This document shows, piece by piece, positions 29,057 through 38,125 of a DNA stretch of 64,000 nucleotides. The notes under the pieces were generated by a model that was not told where the DNA came from, made no database searches, and saw nothing but the letters and a program-made list of their open reading frames with translations. Positions within the stretch are counted from its first letter, which is position 1. Every line of letters starts with the position of its first letter. Made by a program: the position numbers and the translations under genes. The stretch comes from Candidatus Latescibacterota bacterium. GTDB lineage: Bacteria > Latescibacterota > UBA2968 > UBA8231. The stretch lies in NCBI GenBank assembly GCA_965242865.1, contig CBDETK010000013.1, forward strand, positions 4,736,001 through 4,800,000. The letters are read 5' to 3'.

Positions 29057-30333
29057 GAGGCTTCAAGGGCGCGGGCCGCGGCCGTGCCTCGCTCCTCATC
29101 GACGAAAAAGAGGCAGGCCCCGCCGGCGATGAAGAGGACGACGATCGACAAAATGCCCACTCGCGGGCTGCCGGTCAGCACCCCAATCCAGCCCACGAGC
29201 ACCGGGCCGATGACGGCCGCGAACTTGCCCAGCATGTTGTAAAAGCCGAAAAACTCGGCCGCTCGGTCGCGGGGAATGAGCCTTGAATAGAGCGAGCGGC
29301 TCAGGGCTTGGACCCCGCCTTGGACGAGGCCGACGGCGATGGCCAAGGCGTAAAATTCCCACACGGCATCTAAAAAGTAGCCCCACACGGTCGCTGCGAC
29401 ATAGACGGCTAGGCCGATGAAAATTCCCTTGCGGGTGCCAATTCGCTCGCCGAGCCAGCCAAAGGCGAGGGCCGCGGGAAAGCCCACGAACTGGGTAATG
29501 CCCAAGGCGAGGAGCAGGTCGTCGGTGGCAAGGCCCAGCGACAGGCCGTAGTCAATGGCCATGCGGATGATGGTATCGACGCCGTCGATGTACAGCCAAT
29601 AGCCAATGAGAAAGACAAAGGTCGTGCGCAGCTGCCCAATGGCGCGGCCGGTCGCGATGAGCTGCCGGTAGCCAGCCAAGACCGCGCCCCAGCCGCGGCG
29701 GACGCGCACCGGTGGGGACTCCTCGACCCACAAAAAGAGCGGCAGCGAAAAGCCAGCCCACCACAGGGCGACGAGCAAAAAGCTCACCCGCACGGCCGCG
29801 CTGGCATCGGCCAACCCAAAGGTCGTGGGGTGGAGGACCATGGCCACATTGAGCGCGAACAGCAAGCCGCCGCCCAGATAGCCGAGGCTGTATCCGAGCG
29901 CCGAGACCGAGTCCGACTTGTCGCGGCCGGCCACCTCCACGAGGAGCGCGTCGTAAAAGGTGTTGCCACCGGCGAAGCCAATGCCGGCCAAGACATAGAC
30001 CACCACCGCCAATTCCCACGCGCCAGCGGCGACCCAGTAGAGGCACCCGGTGGCGAGGACGCCCAAGAAGGCGAAGGCAAAAAGGAACTTGCGCCGGGTG
30101 CCGCCTTGGTCGGCAATAGCCCCCAAGAGGGGGGCCAGCAGCACGACGGTCAGACTGCTGAGCGAGTTGGCCAACCCCAGTTGGAAGGTGCTCTCGGTGA
30201 CGTCGCGGCCGGCGCTCCAATAGGACTTAAAAAACACCGGGAAGAAGGCGGCCAGGACCGTGGTGGCAAAGGCCGAGTTGGCCCAGTCGTACAAGGCCCA
30301 AGCGAGGATCGGTTTTTTGGCGTTGGTCGGCAT
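29053..30333 (-). CDS. MFS transporter (UMF1/ATG22-like)
   Basis: [33 protein letters not shown] motifs; ~12 TM segments. Confidence 0.9.
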   Translation of the reverse strand: MPTNAKKPILAWALYDWANSAFATTVLAAFFPVFFKSYWSAGRDVTESTFQLGLANSLSSLTVVLLAPLLGAIADQGGTRRKFLFAFAFLGVLATGCLYWVAAGAWELAVVVYVLAGIGFAGGNTFYDALLVEVAGRDKSDSVSALGYSLGYLGGGLLFALNVAMVLHPTTFGLADASAAVRVSFLLVALWWAGFSLPLFLWVEESPPVRVRRGWGAVLAGYRQLIATGRAIGQLRTTFVFLIGYWLYIDGVDTIIRMAIDYGLSLGLATDDLLLALGITQFVGFPAALAFGWLGERIGTRKGIFIGLAVYVAATVWGYFLDAVWEFYALAIAVGLVQGGVQALSRSLYSRLIPRDRAAEFFGFYNMLGKFAAVIGPVLVGWIGVLTGSPRVGILSIVVLFIAGGACLFFVDEERGTAAARALEAS

Positions 30334-30430
30334 GGTATTATTTACTTCTAGCTAGGAATCAGGTTTAAGATAGTATAAGGCAAAAAGGATCGGGTTGTCG
30401 CTGGCGCGACCCAGAAAGGACGATGTATCT

Positions 30431-31456
30431 ATGAACGACGAATGGCTGCGTTTTGACGCGGCGACCAACCCTTATGGGCCGTCGCCCAAGGTGCGGGAGG
30501 CGCTGGCGGCCTTTGCCCGCACCGGCGACTTCAGTCGCTACGACGACCAAGCGCGTGCGGAGCCGTTGCGCGAAGATTTGGCCGCGCATTGGGGGCTGTC
30601 GCCCGACCACTTCATCGTGTACAACGGCTCCGGGGAGGCCGTAGTCTGGCTCTTTTTGGCGCGGTTGCTGCTGGAACGGGAGTGCCTACTCGTCCCGGCC
30701 CCGTCGTACGAGCGCTTTGTGGCGTTGGGGCAGCGGTGCGCGACCGAAGTGATCCCGGTGCCCCTGCACGAGGCGGATTTTGCCTTGATCCCCGAGCGCG
30801 TTATCGAGGCGGGTCAGCGGTCGGGTGCGCGGGTGTTGCTGTTGAGCAGCCCCAACAACCCCACGGGCAACCTCCTGTGCGGCGATGGGGAGCTGGCGCG
30901 GGTGCTCGAGGAGTTGCCCGACTGTCTGTGCATCGTCGATGAAGCGTACGCCGACTATGCCGGCCACAGTTGGGTGCCTTGGGTGCGCGAGCGAGCCAAC
31001 TTGGTGGTACTGCGGACCTTTTCCAAAGCCTACGGCATGGCTGGTTTGCGGGTTGGCTATGCCATAGGGCCTAAGCCCGTGGTCGCGGCCTTGGGGCGGC
31101 TGCAGGTTCCTTGGGCCGTCAATGCGCTGTCGCTGGCCGCGGCGCGGGCCGCGCTGGCCGACCAGTGCTATTTGCGCCGGGTCGTCGCCCAGATCCGCAG
31201 CGATTGTCAGGTGCTCTACGAGGGGCTGAATGAGCGGCCGTGGTTGCGAGCCTATCCGAGCGCGGCGAATTTCTTTTGGGTGCGCTGCACGGGGCTTGAC
31301 TCGGCGCGGCTGCAGGCGGGTTTGGCCGAGCGGCGGATCCGCGCACGCTGGCGTCGAGACGCGCCCGGCTTTGTGCGGCTTACGTCGCTGCACCCCCAAG
31401 ACAACGACTATTTGTTGACCGCGCTCGACGAGGTCGGGCATACAGACACAGACTAA
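30431..31456 (+). CDS. HisC-like PLP-dependent aminotransferase
   Basis: NPYGPSP, PNNPTG, DEAY, RTFSKAYGMAGLRVGY. Confidence 0.88.
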   Translation: MNDEWLRFDAATNPYGPSPKVREALAAFARTGDFSRYDDQARAEPLREDLAAHWGLSPDHFIVYNGSGEAVVWLFLARLLLERECLLVPAPSYERFVALGQRCATEVIPVPLHEADFALIPERVIEAGQRSGARVLLLSSPNNPTGNLLCGDGELARVLEELPDCLCIVDEAYADYAGHSWVPWVRERANLVVLRTFSKAYGMAGLRVGYAIGPKPVVAALGRLQVPWAVNALSLAAARAALADQCYLRRVVAQIRSDCQVLYEGLNERPWLRAYPSAANFFWVRCTGLDSARLQAGLAERRIRARWRRDAPGFVRLTSLHPQDNDYLLTALDEVGHTDTD

Positions 31457-31471
31457 CACGAGAGGAGCGTT

Positions 31472-32452
31472 ATGGAATACCGCAATTTGGGTAAGGCCGG
31501 CGTCAAGGTGTCCAAGGTGTGCTTGGGCACGGCGTTTCGCGGCGAGGAGGACGAGGCGACCTGCATCGAGGTGGTGCAGCGGGCCTTGGACTTGGGCTGC
31601 AATTTCATCGATACGGCCCTGTATGGGGAGGGACGATCGGAAACAGTGGTCGGCAAGGCCATTCAGGGACGGCGCGAGGAAGTGGTGCTGACGACCAAAA
31701 TTTTTGGCACCTTGGGCCAAAGCCCCAATCACGTGGGGTTGTCGCGGGTCAATCTGCTGCGGGGCATTGAGGCGTCGTTGCAGCGGCTACAGACCGATTA
31801 TGTCGATCTGTACTTGCTGCACTCGTTTGACCCGGGCACGCCGCTGGAGGAGACCTTGGGCGCACTCGACGACATTGTGCGGCAGGGCAAGGCGCGCTAC
31901 GTGGGGTGTTCTAACTTCCCGCCGTGGAAGATCGTCGAGGCCCTGTGGATTGCGCAGCGCGAGCGGTTGGCCTCCTTTGCCTGCATCCAAAATCAGTACA
32001 ACCTGCTCAACCGCTGGGAGATGGAGCCCGAGCTAATGCCCCTCTGCCGCCAGTTCGGCTTGGGCATTATGACCTACAGTCCGCTGGCCATTGGCCTGCT
32101 CTCGGGCCGCTTCCGCCGCGGGCAAACGCCGCCGCCGGGCACGCCGTGGAGTGCGGAAAAGCTGCGCGGCCTGAGTCCGGGCCAATACAATTTTGCCGAG
32201 GCCATGACCGAGCGGGTCGATACCATCGTCCAGACGCTGATCGATATCGGGGCGCAGCACGGCAAGACCCCGGCGCAGGTGGCCATCGCTTGGATTTTGG
32301 ATCACGACGAGATCAGTGCCCCCATTTTGGGGGCCGACGAACCAGCGCACGTTGAAGAGGTGTTCGCGGGCTTGGACTGGTCCTTGGCCGCGGAAGAACG
32401 GGCTTTGCTGGACGAGGTCTCCGCGGTGCAGAGCCCGCAGAAGTACGCCTGA
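31472..32452 (+). CDS. Aldo/keto reductase
   Basis: MEYRNLG, IDTA..Y, SLQRLQTDYVDLY..H, YSPLA.G.L. Confidence 0.93.
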   Translation: MEYRNLGKAGVKVSKVCLGTAFRGEEDEATCIEVVQRALDLGCNFIDTALYGEGRSETVVGKAIQGRREEVVLTTKIFGTLGQSPNHVGLSRVNLLRGIEASLQRLQTDYVDLYLLHSFDPGTPLEETLGALDDIVRQGKARYVGCSNFPPWKIVEALWIAQRERLASFACIQNQYNLLNRWEMEPELMPLCRQFGLGIMTYSPLAIGLLSGRFRRGQTPPPGTPWSAEKLRGLSPGQYNFAEAMTERVDTIVQTLIDIGAQHGKTPAQVAIAWILDHDEISAPILGADEPAHVEEVFAGLDWSLAAEERALLDEVSAVQSPQKYA

Positions 32453-32586
32453 GAAGCGTTCTTAACACTCATGTTGTTTTTGGCCCGTCTTGCCTGACGC
32501 CTCTAGGGGTCATTCCCGCGCAAGCGGGAATCCAGAAAAGGACCAAGCCGAATCAGACACTGAAACCCTAATTTTAAGAACGCTTC
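32453..32586. mobile_element. MITE family A, copy 2 (134 bp)
   Basis: Same TIRs as 11426-11586; TGA duplicated on both sides. Confidence 0.85.
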
Positions 32587-32600
32587 TGAAGGAGGTGTCC

Positions 32601-34145
32601 ATGCCCAAGCTCAGACTGCCGATCGGCATTCAGACCTTCGGCAAAATTTGGCAGGAGGACTGCTACTACGTCGATAAGACCGCGTACATCCGGCGGCTGC
32701 TCGACGAGGGGACGCACTACTTTCTGTCGCGCCCCCGGCGCTTTGGCAAGAGCCTGTTCCTCGACACGCTCAAGGAGTTGTTCGAGGGCAACGAGCCGCT
32801 GTTTGAGGGGCTGTACATCCGCGATCGCTGGGATTGGTCGGTGCGCCATCCGGTCGTGCGTCTCAGCTTTGGCAGCGGCAATTTCAAGGAGCCCGGCTAC
32901 GTGGCGACGAACCTGATGGCGCAACTGGACGCGGTCGAGCGCCGGGCCGGTATGGCGTCGGACTACGCCACCGGGCCGGAGCGATTTGCCCACCTGCTGG
33001 AGACGCTGCATGGCCGAGCCGGGCAGGCGGTGGTCGTGCTGATCGACGAATACGACAAGCCGATTTTGGACGCGCTGGAGGTGCCGGAAATAGCCCGCGC
33101 CAACCGCGACTTTTTGCGCGGCCTGTACGCGGTCATCAAAGACTGCGACGCGCACGTCCGCTTCGCGTTCATCACCGGGGTGAGCAAGTTTTCCAAGGTC
33201 AGCCTGTTTTCCGGCCTCAACAACCTCACCGACATTACCCTCGAACCCGAGTACTCGGCCATCTGCGGGTACACCGACGCCGACTTGGACGCGGTGTTCG
33301 CGCCCGAACTTCCCGGCCTAGACCGCGATCAGATCCGCGACTGGTACAATGGCTACGCTTGGCTCGGGGCCGAGCGGGTGTACAATCCCTTCGACATCCT
33401 GCTGCTCTTTCGTCGCCGCCGATTCGACGCCTACTGGTTTGAGACCGGCACCCCCACGTTCTTGGTCGAAACCCTGTTCAAACGCCGCGTCAGTTCCCTC
33501 GCGCTCGGTCAGATGAAGGGCAGCAGCGAGTTGCTATCGACTTTTGACGTAGAAGACATGGCGACCGAGGCCCTGCTGTTTCAGACCGGCTACCTCACGA
33601 TAACGGCCGCAGAAAACCTCGGCGGCGAGCGGCTCTACCAATTGGGCTATCCCAACCGGGAGGTGCGCCAGAGCCTAAACCGCAGCCTGCTGCGCTACTT
33701 GGTCAAGGACCCATCGCGGCAGCTGGCCAACAGCGTCCAGCTCTACCGCCTGCTGGAGGCCAACGACTTCGCCGGGCTGGAGACGCTGTTCCACGCCTTT
33801 TTCGCCAGCATTCCCTACGAGTGGTATAACAACAACGACATCACCCAGTACGAGGGCTACTACGCCAGCGTGTTCTACTCCTATTTCGCCGGGCTGGGGC
33901 TGGACATTGCCGTGGAGGACAGCAGCCACGGCCGGTTGGATATGGCGGTTTTGTTTAACGGCTGCGTCTATCTGTTCGAGTTCAAGGTCGTCGAGTTGGC
34001 GTCTGCGGGCGCGGCCATGGCGCAGTTGCAGGAGCGGCGGTACGCAGACAAATATCGCGCTCGGGGCGAGCCGATGTACCTGATCGCCGTGGAGTTCAGC
34101 AAGGACGCCCGCAACCTCGCGGCGTTTACCGTGGAGCGCACCTGA
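32601..34145 (+). CDS. AAA-ATPase-like protein with C-terminal PD-(D/E)XK nuclease
   Basis: LPIGIQTF, YYVDKT, RPRRFGKS, IDEYDKP, GRLD...FEFK; AAGGAGG RBS before ATG 32601. Confidence 0.9.
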   Translation: MPKLRLPIGIQTFGKIWQEDCYYVDKTAYIRRLLDEGTHYFLSRPRRFGKSLFLDTLKELFEGNEPLFEGLYIRDRWDWSVRHPVVRLSFGSGNFKEPGYVATNLMAQLDAVERRAGMASDYATGPERFAHLLETLHGRAGQAVVVLIDEYDKPILDALEVPEIARANRDFLRGLYAVIKDCDAHVRFAFITGVSKFSKVSLFSGLNNLTDITLEPEYSAICGYTDADLDAVFAPELPGLDRDQIRDWYNGYAWLGAERVYNPFDILLLFRRRRFDAYWFETGTPTFLVETLFKRRVSSLALGQMKGSSELLSTFDVEDMATEALLFQTGYLTITAAENLGGERLYQLGYPNREVRQSLNRSLLRYLVKDPSRQLANSVQLYRLLEANDFAGLETLFHAFFASIPYEWYNNNDITQYEGYYASVFYSYFAGLGLDIAVEDSSHGRLDMAVLFNGCVYLFEFKVVELASAGAAMAQLQERRYADKYRARGEPMYLIAVEFSKDARNLAAFTVERT

Positions 34146-34146
34146 C

Positions 34147-34305
34147 ATGCTAGACGAACTCCGCAAAATCCGCTATGCCCGCTTCCGCTTGGAGATGACG
34201 GCGATTGACAGGTTGCGGTTGCCGCCCTACAAGGGATCGACCTTTCGGGGAGCCTTTGGCCATACCTTCAAGCGGCTGGTTTGCGTCAAGCGGGATTTGT
34301 TTTGA
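34147..34305 (+). pseudogene. cas6: Truncated cas6 5' fragment (52 aa)
   Basis: MLDELRKIRYARF...GSTFRGAFG...CVKRDLF*; near-identical to the 38126 copy. Confidence 0.85.
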
Positions 34306-34386
34306 TCCAAGGGACTTGAAACCTCTTGGTGTGCTTCACGTCGAGGTGAATCTCTTGGCACAGTTTGACCCGTAGGAGATTGAAAC
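34295..34386 (+). CRISPR. Degenerate two-repeat mini-array
   Basis: ATTTGTTTTGATCCAAGGGACTTGAAAC, 40 nt, GTTTGACCCGTAGGAGATTGAAAC; both end in the TTGAAAC handle. Confidence 0.5.
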
Positions 34387-34441
34387 GTAGATTAGCTGCG
34401 GCATGGGACGATATGGGCTGACCTGAGAGGAGAGCCGGCGT

Positions 34442-34801
34442 ATGGCTGAACAAAGTGCTTTGATTTTAGGTGCTCTATTGCATGATATTGGAAAGTTCTG
34501 GCAGCGGTCCGGTATTCGCAGAAGGCACGAGAATTTGGGGGCGGAATTTTTGGATTTGCCCGTTATTCGGGATAAGATCGAGGCATTGGTTGATCTTAGG
34601 GACGTTCAAAACATCATCTCTGATCACCATGAACCGGGCATGTATGATATACTCGTCCGCATTGCTCAGATTTCCGATAGACTTGCTTCTGGTGAACGTC
34701 GTGCATCGGGGAGAGGCGAAACCCAAACGCCGTGGGAGACACCATTGAAATCCGTTTTCGCACAGGTTTACAACCAAGAAGGGAGACTTTCAAAAATTTG
34801 A
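34442..34801 (+). CDS. Stand-alone Cas10/Csm1-type HD domain (119 aa), ends inside a CRISPR repeat; possibly a pseudogene
   Basis: GALLHDIGKF, RRHE, DHHE, SDRLASGER motifs; GAGGAG RBS; the TGA stop lies in the repeat's ATTTGA. Confidence 0.75.
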   Translation: MAEQSALILGALLHDIGKFWQRSGIRRRHENLGAEFLDLPVIRDKIEALVDLRDVQNIISDHHEPGMYDILVRIAQISDRLASGERRASGRGETQTPWETPLKSVFAQVYNQEGRLSKI

Positions 34802-34878
34802 AGTGTTGACCCTATTTCTACGAGGATTGAAACTCAACAACTTTCTTTTGCGTATCCACAGACAGCCGCTATAAAAAG

Positions 34879-34919
34879 AAGGGGCGGATACAGAAAATCG
34901 TTTTCTGTATCCGCCCCTT
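34879..34919. repeat. Perfect 19-bp-arm hairpin
   Basis: AAGGGGCGGATACAGAAAA-TCG-TTTTCTGTATCCGCCCCTT. Confidence 0.9.
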
Positions 34920-34951
34920 TCATTCCCCAAAACCCTATAAGGAGGGTTATT

Positions 34952-35884
34952 ATGCGACATTATTTAAGTACTAGTGGTAATCCAGAGGCCGTTCAAAGGG
35001 CCTATGAATGGATAGAGCAAGAACTGCGGCCAGTGGGCGGCGTTGTCATAACTAGCGGTGGGTATTCCTGTCATGGTTCGGTAGCCCGTAAGTGTTTGGA
35101 GAGAAGTGGACTACTCGACCATACTGCCGAAAGCATCCTTATAACAGAGGATGCCAATTATTCCCGGGAATGGCCTCATTACCCCAGCGGCATAGGATGT
35201 CTTTATGTTTCTCATCCGTATATGCAACGTCTGGAGCAGGAGCATGAGGGAGGTCTTGATAAAATTATTCAAGACATAAGCCATCGCTTAGAGGATGAGA
35301 ATATCAGCCTACTGCAAATAGATAGTAAGTATAGCTGGTATTATCCCGGCCGCTCTACCACAATCATCTATGGCGATACCGATCTTTTTACTACGCTATT
35401 TGCTAACGATGTCTTGGGTAATGACGAACAGGCTCGTTTTTTTGGGTTTGAGGCTGGGCCAAACAGCAGTTATGCCCTGAGAAAGCAGTTCGTCGAGGAT
35501 TTAAGCAAAGCCCAGGGATACTTTCCTCATCTTCCAACAGAAGGAGAGCTAAATCGGGAGTTATGCCAAGAGGAAAAGGATATGGAGCAAGAAAAGGTGG
35601 ATGCCGTAGAACGTCTTGCCTATATGATTTCTCGTAGCTATGGCTATAACGCATGGAAAGATGCAGCAAGAAGGGGCGATACGAAATGGGCTACTGCATT
35701 TATTGTAGATAGCATTACTTGCGCTAACGCCTATGAGGGTTTTGACCCCAGCGAGCTGAATGACCGTGCTGACGCTATCCATCATCATCTACTCAAGCGA
35801 GTAGAGAGCGGGGGATGGGATTTTCCTGATAGGGATGAGGGGATATTCGACCCAAAGTTTCTTCGGTCCTCTTTTGGCAGATAG
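34952..35884 (+). CDS. Hypothetical protein (cassette 1)
   Basis: 310 aa; AAGGAGG RBS; AT-richer than the host; no family recognised. Confidence 0.75.
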   Translation: MRHYLSTSGNPEAVQRAYEWIEQELRPVGGVVITSGGYSCHGSVARKCLERSGLLDHTAESILITEDANYSREWPHYPSGIGCLYVSHPYMQRLEQEHEGGLDKIIQDISHRLEDENISLLQIDSKYSWYYPGRSTTIIYGDTDLFTTLFANDVLGNDEQARFFGFEAGPNSSYALRKQFVEDLSKAQGYFPHLPTEGELNRELCQEEKDMEQEKVDAVERLAYMISRSYGYNAWKDAARRGDTKWATAFIVDSITCANAYEGFDPSELNDRADAIHHHLLKRVESGGWDFPDRDEGIFDPKFLRSSFGR

Positions 35885-35899
35885 TAACACCTAACATGG

Positions 35900-35942
35900 G
35901 AAGAGGCGGATACAGAATTTCATTTTCTGAAACCGCCTCTTC
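35900..35942. terminator. Hairpin related to 34879-34919, followed by a T-rich tract
   Basis: GAAGAGGCGGATACAGAA...TTCTGAAACCGCCTCTTC-TTTT. Confidence 0.7.
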
Positions 35943-36386
35943 TTTTATATCAACTAATAAAAGAGTTAGAAATTTAGCCAAGCACGGATTTGCTTGGCCA
36001 TTGTTACCCAAAACAAACTATTTGGGGAGGCCCCTTCAGTATCGACGCCCATGCCTAAAAGGCGGTCAAATATTCGTAATGCTAACTCAAGTTTTTTCGC
36101 TTCTGAGACAGAAAGAGGGTATTTTACTGATAGCATCACTATCATTATCCCTTAACTCCCATATAACCTCATCAGGCATATCCTACATAAAAATTGCTTC
36201 GCATGAACCGGCAAAAGCTGCATAGATTTGCCTAAGCTGGACATTTGAAGTGTTGACCCGATTTCTAGGGGATTGAAACCCGTGGGCCTCGCCAGCAAGT
36301 GCGACGCCATCGTCGAAATCTCGCTCGTCCGGCTCCCGCAAGAGGGTTTCTAACCAACTCTTTAACACTGAGAAAGGACAAGGATC

Positions 36387-37448
36387 ATGACCTGTAACAA
36401 GGACGACAAAGTACTATACAAGTACTACAGCCTTGCTGAGAAAGACATCGGATATACGCTCGCTGCACTGGAAGGATGATACGTCTGGCTTGCAAACCCC
36501 GCCGAGTTCTCCGATTGCTTTGATAATCCATTATCGTTCTCAAAGCACTTCAATATAGATCCTTTCCCGATGACTTGTAACACATTGCGACCCGAATACA
36601 TGCGCGAGACCTATAAATACCTAAAAGACGAAAGAGAAAAATACGAAAACACCGTCAAGGGCGATAGAGTGTTCTACTGGGGAGACGAAAAATTACATCA
36701 TCCCCTTGTCAATAAGTTCATGAACATCATGAACATTTGGGAAAAAATTAAACCAAATTACCGCATGGGATGTACAATAGACGGATTACGATCTTTCCTT
36801 TTTAATGATCTCGGGATCTGTTGCTTTACGTCAGATAATGGAAACCCCTTTATGTGGGATAAATACGCATCAGGATACAGCGGACTGTGTGCAGAATTCG
36901 CTTTTGATGATGAATACAAATTCCCTGAAAAAATCGAATATAGCAAAGAAAAAGCGATCAAAACAACAGACGACGAAACCAATGAATTAAGGCCATCCCT
37001 TATTAAAATCCTAAAAAATCCAACCAAGTTCGACAATCAGTTCTTCGTCAAAACTAAAGAATACCTCGGAGAACAAGAACACCGTCACTTGGAATACTTC
37101 GTCCCATCTCATTACAATCAACTCTTCCCGACCTCGGACGATGAAAAAGAGAAAAGGAAAAGAGAACAATACAAGCCCCGACTAAAATCGATCTGCTTTG
37201 GGTACAGGACAACAAGAGCAATGAGAAAAATATGTTGTCGGCTGGTCGCCCAGGACGTAGAGATACTTCAATTTGAATCCGATCCTTACTTTGTTGACAG
37301 ATTGAAACGCCCAACGATTACAACCACAAGCAATAAAGACCCCCTTACCGCTGGTGACGTTGTACGATACATAGACAAAGGAGCAATATCCTTTAATGCA
37401 GACAGTAAAAAATTACAAAGTATCCTGAAACTACTCAACGATTTTTAG
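36387..37448 (+). pseudogene. DUF2971-like protein (cassette 2) with an in-frame TGA at 36477; downstream ORF 36570..37448 is intact
   Basis: LYKYYS...*YVWLANPAEFSDCFD in frame with ICCFT..N..MW..YA..YSGLC.EF, K..EY..EQEHR, SICFG. Confidence 0.75.
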
Positions 37449-37552
37449 TCCACACCTACCCAAAGCGTTGTTTGAAGTGTTGACACCCGATTTCTAGGGT
37501 ATTGAAACTGCTTTGGATATATCTATTTAACCCTTTATCTGAGGAGGAAACG

Positions 37553-37915
37553 ATGCTACAATCAGTAGTATTAGCTGTTCCGTTTGGCGGGCTGCTAATG
37601 CTTGCGTTTTTCTGGTACGTTTGTATTGCTCATGGAAAAACAGAGCTTAGCGGATACGTATATACGTTTCACTTAGCTTGGACGTGTTCTCTGCTGTGGT
37701 GGGCTATATCTTCTAATCGTTGGCTGGCTGTAGGCTTAGCTTGGATCGCATATCTTGTTGCGAGAGACCAGACCCTTAGCAATGTTCATTTTATAGATGA
37801 GCGAGGCTTAGTTAGTCTGCAATTCGTAGCCAGAGACGCCTTATTCTATGTCAACGCTTTAGGGCCTTTGCCTATAGAGCTTCCTTATTCCCTTTACTTT
37901 TGTATTTTCTGCTAG
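37553..37915 (+). CDS. Small multi-pass membrane protein (cassette 3, 120 aa)
   Basis: GAGGAGG RBS before ATG 37553; 3-4 hydrophobic segments. Confidence 0.65.
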   Translation: MLQSVVLAVPFGGLLMLAFFWYVCIAHGKTELSGYVYTFHLAWTCSLLWWAISSNRWLAVGLAWIAYLVARDQTLSNVHFIDERGLVSLQFVARDALFYVNALGPLPIELPYSLYFCIFC

Positions 37916-38125
37916 CCAAACCAGCCACTAATTGGTCTTCGGCCAAGAATAGCTTAACGGGAAGGGGGTTTTTCTATTCTTCTTGCGTGTGAAGTGTTGA
38001 CCCGATTTCTAGGGGGTTGGAACATCCGTCGTCGTGGCTCGCTGTCTCGTATATACCCTCAATCGCCGTGGAGTTCAGCAAGGACGCCCGCAACCTCGCG
38101 GCGTTTACCGTGGAGCGCACCTGAC

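Larger units (their letters stand above)
34796..38061 (+). CRISPR. Four dispersed CRISPR repeats (34796-34833, 36243-36279, 37470-37508, 37987-38023) separated by gene-sized inserts
   Basis: Match ATTTGAAGTGTTGACCCGATTTCTAGGGGATTGAAAC (36243 exact, others with a few changes); inserts 1409, 1190 and 478 bp, then 38 nt. Confidence 0.9.

Noticed and set aside
32490-32600. N-terminal extension of the AAA-ATPase, and the similar ORF 11463..11756
   Set aside because: Both read through MITE A; the RBS supports a start at 32601.
35896-36225. 109-aa ORF in the tail of cassette 1
   Set aside because: It starts inside the hairpin and has no RBS or recognisable motifs; probably non-coding or decayed.
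37994-38125. N-terminal extension of cas6
   Set aside because: It is made of repeat, spacer and duplicated ATPase tail; the real start is 38126.
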